Assembly: GCA_016748015.1 (NCBI GenBank)
Contig: JAAOMT010000439.1
Location: 393,527-457,526 of the forward strand
DNA length: 64,000 bases
Reading direction: 5' to 3'
Source: Geosiphon pyriformis uo1
Taxonomy: Eukaryota; Fungi; Glomeromycota
Below, piece after piece: positions 12,925 to 25,086 of the stretch; position 1 is the stretch's first letter; every line of letters begins with the position of its first letter. Made by a program: the position numbers and the translations under genes. The notes under the pieces were generated by a model. That model was not told the origin of the DNA. It saw only the letters and a list, made by a program, of their open reading frames with translations, and made no database searches.

Positions 12925-15900
12925 TGTTACTCATAAAATATAGAAATCATATTAGTATATAAATTAGCCAATTAGAAGTAGATATAGTAAAATAGAGAAT
13001 TCCAGGATTTCTCTTAAAGAAATTGCAGAATTCCAAAATTACAGAATTCTTATATAAAAAATTGCAGGATTCCAAAATCTCAGGATTTTTTTTGAGGAAT
13101 TGTAGGATTCCAGAAATTTCAGAATTCCTGGTGTGAAGAATTAAAGAATTTCAATTATGTATATATAGCAGTAGTGTTAGAAGCAAAAGAGACATTAGAA
13201 TTCCACTTTTTAGTTAGTATCTATACTTTTACATTATCAATAAATATTCTTATTGATTATATCAATCTAAATATTTACTATTAACACTTCATATTGATAA
13301 TAATCTATACTTGACTACATTGGAACAATAGCTCTTAATTATGGCTATTGACAGAATACTAACTTAATTGCTTAGGCTTCATTTTCTGTATTTTTTTTTA
13401 TTTTTTTTATTTTTTTTTGTTGTTTTTTGTTGTTTTTTGTCATTTACTAATTGATTAAGGATTAAGTACTAAGTTATTGACATTAAGGATTGTCTGGTAA
13501 AAGACCCCAAATGAGAGAGTAAAACACTTAAAATTAAGGATTACTTACCAGAAGATTGCCAGCCACCAAACCAAGAAAAGGATTGATAGAATTGCAATTC
13601 TGGAAGGCTACTAAAAACCACTATTGAATCTTTGTTTATTATACAAAGAACTCAATTAAAACCTTCAGATCACCAAAACCTTCAGATATTACCAATAAGA
13701 TTAGCTATTAAGCACCAAGTTACAGGTTTGTTATTTGATTTGAGACTTCAAATAATCACTTATAACATTTGGTGCTTCTTATGAAATCTAATCTAACAGA
13801 AAACCAGTATCAACAGCAATCATCTAAGACAGTGGCAGAATCTGAAGAAATAAGGACAAACCACTTGGAATTTGCAAAATTTTTATTCTAACATTATTAT
13901 ACCCATCTTAAATTAACAAATAATAATTGGCCAGCAGAATTAGCTTTCAATTACTATGTTAACAAAAGAATTGTATATTATTTAGGAGGCCAAAAAGATC
14001 CAGAATCTATCTTCAACAATTTTTTCAGTGAACTATTCCAAAGCACCACACTGCCACAGAATTATTTATTTGCACCACTAATTACAGAAATAAACAGAAA
14101 AATTGAAAAATACACCAAACAAAGATTCCCTATCATTTTTGCTGATGAGGAAAAAGGAAGATTACAAACACCAACAGAAATTCCAAAACAAATACAATTA
14201 CTTACTTGGAAGAAACAGAGAATTAATTCATCTGCTAATCTATTATATTATCACATACCTAGAAGTATCATCAATATAACATCCATAGGTGCATCCACCA
14301 CAAATATGACAACATCATTAAACAAAATTCCATTCCAAAGTAAACAAAAGAAAGCAGAGTTACTAAGAACATATGATAATTATTTTAAGAGATTTAAATC
14401 GTAATCCCCAATATGATCAGGAGTTTAATCACCACCACCACAACCAGATTTTGAAGCCATTAGTTTTTGGAAAATAACCAACTCCAAAGAAGAGAAAAAC
14501 AGTAATCAAGAAATTAATAAGCAAAATTTGATTCCAGAAAACCTGGAAATTTGAACCCCAATCATTCCAACTTAGCAAAATCAGAACAATTTAAATACCA
14601 CTTCTATTGTTTTCCAAAACTTACTTCCAGTAATCATAATCAATCTACTACCAGTTCTACTAATTGCTAAACAGCAACAACAACAGTCACAATCACCACT
14701 TTAGCAACAACTGCAACAGCAACTTCAATCACAACTGCAACAACAATTACCATTAGCACTAATGGCATACACACCCATCATCAAAATTGAGAAATTCACC
14801 AATGAGAAGGATGACATTCAAGTATGGCTCAATGACATGAAAAAAGCCATCACAGCCAACAGATAGAATGACATTAAAGCATTATAGGCAATCTCATATT
14901 TTCTATAAAACATTACACAAACTACACTATTTGAATTAATATATAATAGAACAGCAATAGTATCAATTAAAATAGAAGTCAAAACATATCTAACAGAATC
15001 AATAACAAAAAAAAATTTCTAAAAAACATTGTTAAGAAGAACATATGACTTAATAGAAACATTAGAAAACAAATGGCAAAAAACAGCTGATAACATTCAA
15101 AAGTCACAAAAAAAACAAAAAAAAAGACACAATAACCAACTACCAAATAAACCAATTGAATTCAAAATTGAAAACAAAATACTTTTACATTGTACCAAAA
15201 CAGAAAAACAATGGAGTAGAAAATTTGATCTCAAATGGGACAAACCATTTCACATAAAAAAAATTCTAAGAAATAAAGCTTATAAATTAAAATGAAACAA
15301 CAAAATCTTAGCCAAAGCAGTATATGGTGATCGACTAAAATTATACTATAGTATAACATTATTATTGACCAATAATATTCTACAATTGGGAGTACAAAGA
15401 ATACTAGTTCAATCAGAAGAAATTCTATGAGATCTAGAACCAATAATAATCATCAACATAAACATATCAAATTGAGATATTAAAACTCTGTATAAAGAAT
15501 TAGCATGTGACAAAAAATATCAGAAAAATGAAAATTACCAACAACATTTACACACTGGCACAACAATTCTTCCAACTGATTCAACAACAAAATATAGAAA
15601 TCACAATTAACCAATAAACTATTTGATATAAAGATACAAAGAAGAGATACCAAGACAAAGTGCAGAGAAAACCAGAGAATACTATTAACAAAATAATTAC
15701 AAAAGTAAAGTTAGCAATAGAAATACAAACAAAAGTTACACCATACCAAGAGCTGACCAAAAAAACTTGAAATTGATAAATACAACAATTTTTAAGAAAC
15801 TTTTGTTATTTTTACTTAGGACAACACCTAAATATTCAGAATTTATATACAGATAAAACAAAATAATTATTTGACACAACAATACTATAACAACTTGAAC

Positions 15901-17015
15901 AATTTGTGAAAAATAATAATTTAACTATACAAGCATGGGCTATATATTGATTACAAATTGGATTCCAAAACCGACCAGAAATATTACTCAATCCAGAAAT
16001 AGATACAGTTACCACTAATCAAATAAGTAAAATAATCAATGCTTAATTTGAAAAATTACAGTTCAAAATAACACAAGTAATTCTAGAAAAAAAGTTCAAG
16101 ATATAATTTAATTTGAAGAGTTAGAAGAGTTAGGAGATCTTAATAGAGCTTAATATTAAAAGGAGAGAATAATGTTATTCATAAAATATAGGAATTATAT
16201 TAGTATATAAATTAGCCAATCAGAAGTAGACATAGTAAAATAAAAAATTCCAGGATTTTTTTTAGAGGAATTGCAGGATTCCAGAATTACAGAATTCTCA
16301 TATAAAAAATTGTAGGATTTCAGAATTCCAGAATTTCTCTTGAGGAATTGCAAGATTCCAGGAATTCTAGGATTTCTGGTGCAAAGAATTGAGGAATTAA
16401 GAAATCTCAATTATGTATATATAGCAGTAGTATTAGAAACAAAAGAAATATCTGAGTTCTACTTTCTAGTTTGCATTCATATATTCACACTATTAATAAA
16501 TATATTTATTTAATTATATAAATTAAATTGTTTACTATCAACATTTTATGTTGATAATAATCCATACTTAACCATATTAGAATAATAGCTCTTAATCATA
16601 ACTATTAATGAGATACTAATTTAATTGTCTTGGCTTCATTTTCTGTATTTTCTTTTATTTGTTTTATTTTCTTTTGTTGTTCTTTGTTGTTTACTAATTG
16701 ATTAAAGATTAAGTACTAGGTTATTGATGTTAAAGATTGCTTAGTAAAAAACCTCAAGTAAAAAGATAAAACACTTAAAATTAAAGATTATTTATCAGAG
16801 AATTGCTGGCCACCAAGCTGAGAAAAAAATTGATAGAATTGCAATTCCAGAAGGCTACTAAAAACCACTATTAAATTTCTGTTTATTATACAAAAGACTT
16901 AATCAAAACCTTTAAATCATCAAAATCTTTAGATATTACTAATAAAATCAGCTATTAAGCACTAAGTTATGGATTTGTTATTTGATTTGAAACCCTAAAT
17001 AATTTATTTGTAACA
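12925..17015 (+). mobile_element. Internally deleted family A LTR element nested in the 5' LTR of a sibling copy
   Basis: Two 843-bp LTRs (12925-13767 and 16173-17015, TG...CA). PBS at 13770 and PPT AAAAGGAGAGAATAA at ~16158-16172. TSD GTGC/ATGT differs by two transitions. The gag 5' part joins the integrase C-terminus near 14910. Confidence 0.9.
15480..16180 (+). pseudogene. Family A ORF3 remnant (3' accessory ORF)
   Basis: The frame from 15783 reads QQFLRNFCYFYLGQHL...AWAIY*LQIGFQNRPEILLNPEIDTVTTNQISKI. This resembles family B ORF3 (YFHIGKTL...AALRLYDLFYICENVLQNPIFQPLKIQYIEKL). The start is uncertain. Confidence 0.65.
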
Positions 17016-17019
17016 ATGT

Positions 17020-17668
17020 TTAATTTTTTTAATTAATTAATAAACAACAAAGAAACAAAACAAAATAAAATAAAATAAAAAAAACAAAAAAATAAAAGAA
17101 AATAAAAGAAAAAATTAATATTTCATTAATAGTCATAATTAAAAATTATTGGTCTAGTATAAATAAGTATTAGATTCTATCAACATAGAGTGTTGATAGT
17201 ATAAAATTAATTAATATTGCTTAATTAAGTAATAACAACATAAATTTAGGTAATAATTAATATTTTATTAATATATGATTTGATTCTATTTTAAGATATA
17301 GAAAACTACTTTTTGAAAGAAGGAGTATTATATAATTAATAATTCTAATTGATTTGTTTCAATTAATTCTGTCTTTTCTGTTTTTAATACTCTTACTATA
17401 TATACATATTTTTTGTTATACAAAATTTCATTTTTTTTTAAACAATGTGCCCTATTTTTTCTAACAATATGCTTATTGCTAAGTAATATGCCATGATTTT
17501 CTAACAATGTGCTTATTGTTGAACAATATATCATAATTTACTGACAATGTGTATATTGCTGAGCAATATGTCATAATTTTCTAATATTGTGCTCACTTGT
17601 TAAGTCTTATTTTTTTATTAATCTATTTTTTTATCTGTTTTTCTATTTGTACTTTTCTATAAGTAATA
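17020..17668 (-). repeat. Family A-related 5' LTR, second part
   Basis: Matches ~1790-2125. Ends CTATAAGTAATA, like 2297-2308. Its internal tandem array is different. Confidence 0.8.
17441..17600. repeat. 40-bp tandem array in the LTR
   Basis: CTAACAAT-like unit starts at 17461, 17501, 17541 and 17581. Each unit consists of two related ~20-bp halves. Confidence 0.85.
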
Positions 17669-19980
17669 GTAAATCTTATTAGTATTTGGGAATTTTTTTC
17701 TCCATTGAAAGTTTTTTTAAGCCTAGTTTGGCCAAGACCCATTTAGATGTCAGATTTTTTACTAATGTAGTTTTGAAAAAAGCAATTTTGGATAAGCAAT
17801 TTTGTTATTTGCTCTTTATTGTTTTACAGTTTATAGTTGATTATTGTATACAATTTAGTTTTATTTCAGTTAATATCTACCACAAGTGAGATGTTTTGAT
17901 TAGAAAAAATTTTAGATTAAAGATTGGTTTGCCAAGAGATTTCTTTAATAAGACTTTGTATTATTTACTGCTGTATAGCTTGAAATCTTTTAAACAATTA
18001 CAGACTGAGAAAAAAATGACTGCAGTAGTTTTGTTTGTCAATTCAGAGAAAATACTTGGCTAGCTTTTTAATTATCATTTTTTGGATTTGTAGGCTTTGG
18101 AATGAACTCTAAATAATTCTTTGTAGTATTTTGTTAGATTGAGAGTCAATTTTGTAAACAATTTTCTTGCTAGTGTGGTTAGAATCTTTTAAAAGAATAA
18201 GATTTCTTTGACAAACAACTTGTTACAGATTTTTCATAGTCTGGGCAAGTTTTTGATGTTTAGTATTTTAGGGAAAAAAACATATTACAATGCAATAATT
18301 TCTTTAAAATGTTTTAGGATAGCTTTTGATAACAAACTTTTAGACAAACATAATGTTTAATGTCTTAAAAAATGGTTTATTGTTAAAAAAGACTGGACTT
18401 AAGAAGTTTTGTTTATCAGAGTTTTAGTTTTTTTGAGTAAAAAAAGATTGGATGTCAAGACCAAATTAAAAGTAATGGTTTCAAAATTTCACAACATCTT
18501 AAATTTAAAAAATTTTGAATTAGTTAAAAATTTTTTGTATAAAATTTGAACTAATGCCTTTAAAATATACACAGATAGTTTCTTTAAGAGTTTGAGTTTA
18601 TTGAAAATAGCTAGAAAGAGGGTGGTTTTTTTTGAATATAAATATAAAAATAGGTGTTGGAATTTTTGGAATGTTATTTTCTACAATAATTAAGCTGTAG
18701 ATTGTAATTTTGGCTTTGAAATGCATTTTTTTTTTAAGCATGATGATTTTGTATCTGAACAGTCAAACAACTATTGATGTATGCACTTAGAAACTTGGTT
18801 TGTCTAAGTTTGACTTTTGTAATTGATGCTAAATAAAGAAATATTATATTGTTAATTTGGTAAAAAACAAAAATTTAAAGATAGTTTGGTCAAAAGTTAA
18901 AAGCTATTTAAGTGTTTTTAGTAATATTTAAGCTAATGAGCTGACTGAAACTGCTGTTAGTGCATCTATGTTTCTTTTTGTTGAGATTTTAAAACATTAT
19001 TTGGTGGCTGATAGTATGACTGTCTCTGATAATATGTGTTATTTTGTTCAGAATATTTATAAGACAATTGTTGATGTGTTTTAAAAAACCAGTTCTGGTG
19101 CCAAAATTATTGTTAAATTCCTTGTTTGTAATATTAATTGGATCTAAACAGCTTTGGTCTAACACTCTAACTCTCATATGCTTGCTGGTTTTATTGGTTA
19201 GACTACAATCAATCTTAAAACTTATATATTAAAGACTATAGAAGATTACTGGTGGCTTTTTGTAAGAAATTGTATAACAGATTGTATTTGAATGTATTGT
19301 GCTTGTCTTGTAGTAAGATGAAATTTTCAGATTATTTGTTTATATGTTCAGAAAATGTAAACTGCTAAAGAAAATTAATACTGAATTATGTCAAATTTTG
19401 GTTATTTTTAGCTATTAGAAAAGTGTTTTTGTCTTTATCTGTGTTATAGTCTCTGTTTTTGTGTCTTATAGATATTAGATTATATATAATACTATATAGA
19501 AACTTTGTTATAAAGAATTGGCTTGAAAATACTTTGGTAATGTTTGATAATAAGAAGAGTGCAATTTTAGTACTAGTGGATTTTTTCTGCCAATTGGTTA
19601 ATTTTTACTGTAAGGAAGTATGATTGGTAAGAGGTAAGCTTAAGTATAAAACAAAGAAGACTAGTTTGGTAAATAATATTGGTGTGGTGTCTGCAGTAGT
19701 CCACAATTTGTGTGTGAGTTTATCATATAAAGTGGTTTATATGTTGGGAGTTACTGAATCAATTGTGATGAGTTTTGGTAGGTGTTTGTCTTGTGCTTTT
19801 TTTTTTGGTATTAGTAATGTTCTGTTTGTACATATAAGTGCATAATATTGTCTGGATTGGCTCAAGTAGCTGGTCATATGTAGTAAGCACATGAGTTGTA
19901 TTTGGTTAGAATTACTTAGTTTAATTCTGTACATTAAATAGTAACTGAACTGTACTTGTTAAATAATAATATTAATAAAA
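17669..19980 (+). mobile_element. 5'-truncated, decayed LINE (RT C-terminus, RNase H, CCHC, 3' UTR)
   Basis: YLGIFFSIE..KPSLAKTHLDVRFF, IYTDS (RNase H) and CLSCSKMKFSDYLFIC. The 3' UTR resembles the other copies and is followed by an A-rich tail. Confidence 0.85.
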
Positions 19981-20358
19981 ATTATTATTTGTATTGTTAT
20001 AATATGTATAATCTTAAAATATTTAATTATTATTTCATGTTCAAATATTAAAGTGATCATAATTTATAAAAGTCTTTAATGTTAAAAAAATATGGCCATT
20101 TTTTATCAATTATTATTGATTATTGTATTTGTTTTATTAAAATAAAATATGCTATAAACTTATTAAATATTTATAAAAATTATGATATAATAAAAAATAA
20201 AACCTTTCTGTTGTTTATTATTTGTATATACTTGTTGCATTTTCAAAATGCACTTTGCTTTCAAAAGTTACGTATTTTTTAATTAGATAATAAGGTAATA
20301 CAAAGATCTATTAATTTCAATCTGGATTGAATTTGATTACTCAATCCACTACCTTGCT

Positions 20359-21141
20359 TTAACGATCCCCCATTTCGGGAAAAATGCAGAGTTCTGCTAA
20401 ATTCTCGTCGCCTATAATCCTTAAATTTTTTTCATTAGCCAAATGTAACAAGCAAATAAAACAAAACGAAACCGAGATATCTTTCATCTTGCGTTCTGGA
20501 TAAATCTTTTTGAGATCCTCAATGATTTCCGTGAATTTCTTCTCGGCTTGAACGAGTCCACTATTGGTAACATGGTTTTTTGTTGCCCCTGCAGACGTCG
20601 AAGAATTTTTAAGGGTCTAATTGAAAACGTAGAGGCATTTTGTGGTTAGATTTTACGTTGATAAATCCATGTATAACTCAATCCGAAAGATTTTACAATA
20701 ATCCATGTATTTTTTTCAAGACTTTACCTTGTCGGTTTCATCAAAATCGGTTAATGTTTTCCATATATTTTCTTTCAACTTCTTGACATCTATACGTTTT
20801 GCTGTTTTCGCATAATTTACGAAAGTAGGCTTGTTTCGTTTAGAATGCGAAACCAATTGATCAACATAATCCCCTTCAAGATCATCTTCTGTCGCATATT
20901 CATCCCGGAAAAACGTTTCGCCGCCGGTAGCCATTGCTGGAATTGGTTTAATATTTGCGATTTTTTCAATTGGAACCCCTTTTTGAAGAACTAAGTCATT
21001 ATATTCAACTCACTCATATCCGGGAACGATGCTTGATCATCTTCTATCGCGTCTTCACGATCCTCTCCCCAAAAGTGTTCATCTAGCCCTGCTTCCTTAT
21101 TGCCTATGAAAAGAAGAAGAAGAAGAAGAAGAAGAATAATA

Positions 21142-21176
<35 letters not shown>

Positions 21177-23285
21177 CATTATCATCATCATCATCACTAT
21201 CATCAGTAAGTGGGATTTTCAACAAAGAGGTAATTTCGGTTTGCATACCATGATTTCCTTCTCCAATTTTGGAGCGATCCCTCTTTGAATTAAACTAGGA
21301 AGTAAAGGGGAAGATGTGAATTTTTAATGACCAAAACCATTAAACACGAAGCCTTGACCAACTTTACCATGAACCGAGGCTTAAGGAATAATTGGAGTAA
21401 TTTTCGAGATGAGAAGTGCATGTCGTCCGGAAGTAAATGCTTATGGGCCACATTTTCACAGGATTTTGGAAGGTTAATTATAGATCCTCCACGTAAAAAT
21501 AGTAAATTCTCGTCAACGTCTTCGGATTCCAGAAAATTAACGCTGAAAGGTGGTTTTTCTTTCTTTTTTTTTGGTTCTTCACCATTCGAAGACTTTTCTA
21601 GATAATAAATGATCCCTAATCAGACGATAAGAAGGCAATGCCTTTGAATATAAGCTATAAGCAATATTTGAACCTTTTACTGTTCGTTTTAATTTCCAAT
21701 GTTCTGGGCCTGCCCAGTTACGCAAAAAGGCAGAATCAAAATATGAGAACATGGCATCTTGGTTTGCTCCCATCGCCGTTATAAATTCTTTTTGGGACAA
21801 TCGTCTTTGCGATTCTTCGGTATTTGTGGCATGGTATTCTTCGGAATCTTGCTCATCCAATATATCGTTAGCAAATGCTTCACCAAGGATATCATCATCT
21901 CCATCGAAGAAATCTTTTTCTTCTTCGATCAGCTCTGGAAGATCCTCTTCTTCCTTTGTATCCTCTCTCTCCTCTAGACCATCCTCTAAAGGTGATGCTA
22001 TATCTAAAACATTATCTGTGACGAACTCAAATTTGTTTATGATCGACGAACAAATAACATTTTTTTGGAAAATTTGTTGAAGTTGGGGCAAGAATTCGGC
22101 TGATAATGTCAATTTCGCGTTATAGTTAAAGAAAATATATTAAAAAAATTCCTAAGCCCGTCAACTGAAAAATTCTAAAAACCAACAAAAAATTCTATAT
22201 ACCCACAACGAAGTTTCGTTATGTCAATGTTTTGTTCGACATTATCTTCCTCCTCGAGGATGGCATCCTTTTCTTTATTATCCTCTGGCATGGCATCTCC
22301 TGAATCAAAAATTATTTTTCCATTATCATCTATTGACAGCCGATTTAATAGAAGACCTTGAGCCCCTCCTTCATCAAAGTCAGCCGAAGTTTTTTTAAAC
22401 AAAGGATCGATCGAGAATTCGACATCCAGTTTTTTTACCATCAAAGATGAATAATCTTTAGCTAAAGTAACTTCAGCCCTAGATGCCTGTATTGGTGAAA
22501 TTGATTTACAAACACTGGAAATAAAATTATACATAGGAAGAATCTAGTGGGACCTTTTTCTTCGCACGTTGTTCTAATTCCTTCTCTTCATTTTCAACGA
22601 GTACCTCGTCATCATCTTCTATGAACACAATATTATTTAAGCTTTGAAAAAATTTCAACTCCCACTTGATCGATTTTAACTTACTAAAACTATCTGCCAA
22701 ACCACTCAATAATTTGCCGGTCTCAGTCGCAACAGAATCAACGCGCGAAGTGTAGACTTTCACACAACCATCGAGTGTGCAAGAAGCTTTTTGAAAATTG
22801 ATCGAGTCCCCTTCCTTTAACAAGCTCATTTCGTGAAAGTAGTCAATTAGAGCGAGTTTCCAGCTATTATTAGCATTGATTTTCTAACAATTAGGAAAAC
22901 TTTGAATTGATAAGAGTGATCCCATGAAAAGTTGGTTAATTCGGTTATTAGAAAGCGGAAAACCCCTTACATTATCGGTGGCCATTTTCATCCACTCTTC
23001 AAAATTGACGTACATTTGCTCCATCGGTATTTTTAGGATCGGTGTTAAGACCTCAAGTTGCCTGGAGGCGCTTCTTTTTGGTGTAGTGTATCCATTGCTT
23101 CCTGATTCTTTTGTCGGTGTCGCTAAAGAGGAAGACTTTCGACGCAATTCCAACAAGGATTTCCGGCGTAATCTTTTCTCTTTTTCGTCATCATTTAAGG
23201 GAACCTGGATCTCTTTGTATGTCTTACCAGGAGTATCCAGCGAGTGACGTCGAGGAGTTGTGTTAGGTGTTGCGAAACCGGGCAT
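20359..23285 (-). CDS. BRN1: Condensin complex subunit 2 (Barren/CAP-H kleisin), multi-exon
   Basis: Motifs FEEWMKMATDN, NFQKASCTLDGCVKVYTSRVDSV, IDPLFKKTSADFDEGGAQGLLLN, NWAGPEHWK, YAKTAKRIDVKKLKENIW and DISVSFCFICLLHLANEK. GT-AG introns, e.g. 20617-20727. Stop at 20359-20361. Confidence 0.95.
21111..21204. repeat. Compound (AAG)n(ATT)n(ATC)n microsatellite in a BRN1 intron
   Basis: Directly visible, just upstream of the acceptor TTTTCATAG on the minus strand. Confidence 0.9.
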
Positions 23286-23383
23286 GTTTAATGTACTGTT
23301 AGAATATCAGCAAAGTGGGAAGCAAAAGCATATGTTATGCTAATAGGATATCAAGCGAGATATTGGGTTAGCAGTCCGTGTGG

Positions 23384-23426
23384 TGACGCAACGCGTTTTT
23401 CGTTGCTCAAATCAGTCGCGTAAAAA
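23384..23426 (-). promoter_or_regulatory. MCB/E2F-like cell-cycle boxes upstream of BRN1
   Basis: ACGCGT at 23391-23396 and TCGCGTAAA from 23416, 105-135 bp upstream of the ATG and at the edge of the AT desert. Confidence 0.6.
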
Positions 23427-23429
23427 ATA

Positions 23430-25085
23430 GGATTTTAAATAATAATAATTTTATATATCAAAAAAAAATTATACACAAAATTTTATTTACATTAATTATT
23501 AATGTTTATATTGAGTGTTTTTAAAAGTATATAATAACATGCAGGAAATAAAACACTTGGTAAATTAATATGTTTTTTTTGTTAAAATATATATACTTAA
23601 GATTTTTTTTAAATTGTAATAATAAATATGATTCAATTACTATTTAATACTATATAATATTTTTTAAGATTAAAAATAAAAGATTCATATTATTAAATAA
23701 GCTATAATTACATATTAAAATATTAAAAACCATGTAATTAATAAGTTTTATACCAAAATAAATTAATAAATTCTTAATAAAACCATTTTTGTAAATATTT
23801 ATTATATTTATAATTTACCAATAATATTTTAATTTTTTATATTTAAACTTTAAAAAACCAAATATACTTATAATAATTAAAAAAAATTTACAAATTTAAT
23901 ATAAATAATAATATTAATTTTAATTTAATAAATTAGAACTTTTTTTTTATTTTAAATTTATTAAAATTTAAAATTACTTAACTATTTAAAAATATAGATT
24001 AAAAATATTAAATTTAAGTATATAATTTAAAACCAAAACAATAATATAAAACTTAATTAAAGTAAATAATAATATATTAAATATATCAACTTTAATATTT
24101 AATTTTAATTTAAAAAAAATATAATAGTTTTATTAATTATATTAAAACAATTAAATTTTTTTAATATATAAATTAATATTATTAAAGTATTTATATTAAT
24201 CAATTAACAAAAACTTAAAAATAATTAAAAAAATAAAATAACTAAATTTATTTAATATATTAAATTAATAAACTACAAAAAACAAATATAATTTAAGAAA
24301 TATAAAGTAATAAAAATTTAAGATATTTAATAATAAATATATAACATATTTAAAATATTGATTACAAGTATTTAAAGTTTTAAAAAAAAATATATAGAAA
24401 AAAAAATTAATTGTTTATTATAAATTTATAAAGAAGAATTAATTTAAAATAAAATTAATATTTTTTTAAACTAACAAAAAATCTATATATATAGCTAAAT
24501 TATATTAAATCTATATACTATATTAAGATTATCTAAGTATATTAATTATTTATATATATTAAATTAATCATATTATTTTTTTATAAGATATTAATTTAGA
24601 TAATTAAATTTAAATAATTAATTTAAAACTTAATTGTATATTATTAATATTAATATTAATATAATTAAAAATAAATAAATAAACAATATTTTTTGGTAAC
24701 TATTTTTAAATAATAATTATAGATTTAAAATATTAAACTACATAAATAAAAGTGTATATGAATTTTAAAATATAATAAAATCTGTTATTATTAAATTACA
24801 TATATTAATTCATAATTTTTATTAATGTTTTTTTAGTTTATTAAAAAAATTTTGTATTTAATTTAATTAAATAGTTAAATTTTATTATATTTTTTATTAT
24901 AATTAAGCTAATTATAGATTTTTTTATTTTTTATTTGCCAGCTAATTTTGTTAATTAAATATATAAACTTTTTTTGCATAATTTTAATAGTAATTTTTAT
25001 AATATATATTGTAATTTTTACATTAAAAACTACAAAAATTTAATAATAATAATAATAATAATAATAATATATTAATTTAAAAAAA
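23430..25085. other. Extreme AT-rich desert
   Basis: Very few G or C and no CpG seen. Similar tracts lie at ~31815-32070, 33240-33590, 39990-41330 and 45340-46020. Confidence 0.9.
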
Positions 25086-25086
25086 C

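Larger units (their letters stand above)
1499..17668 (-). mobile_element. Composite Ty3/gypsy LTR retrotransposon, family A, hosting three nested insertions
   Basis: 3' LTR at 1499-2308 with an adjacent decayed PPT. Internal ORF3-IN-RH-RT-dUTPase-PR-gag remnants at 2309-12600. PBS at 12630-12646. 5' LTR split into 12649-12924 and 17020-17668. Confidence 0.8.

Noticed and set aside
20991-21288. Poly-Ile/Arg/Leu ORFs
   Set aside because: They are translations of the intronic microsatellite. Only the short BRN1 exon part is likely real.
21327-23247. Plus-strand ORFs overlapping BRN1 (and similar ones over VID27 and the TEs)
   Set aside because: Antisense shadows of real coding exons, with no independent motifs.
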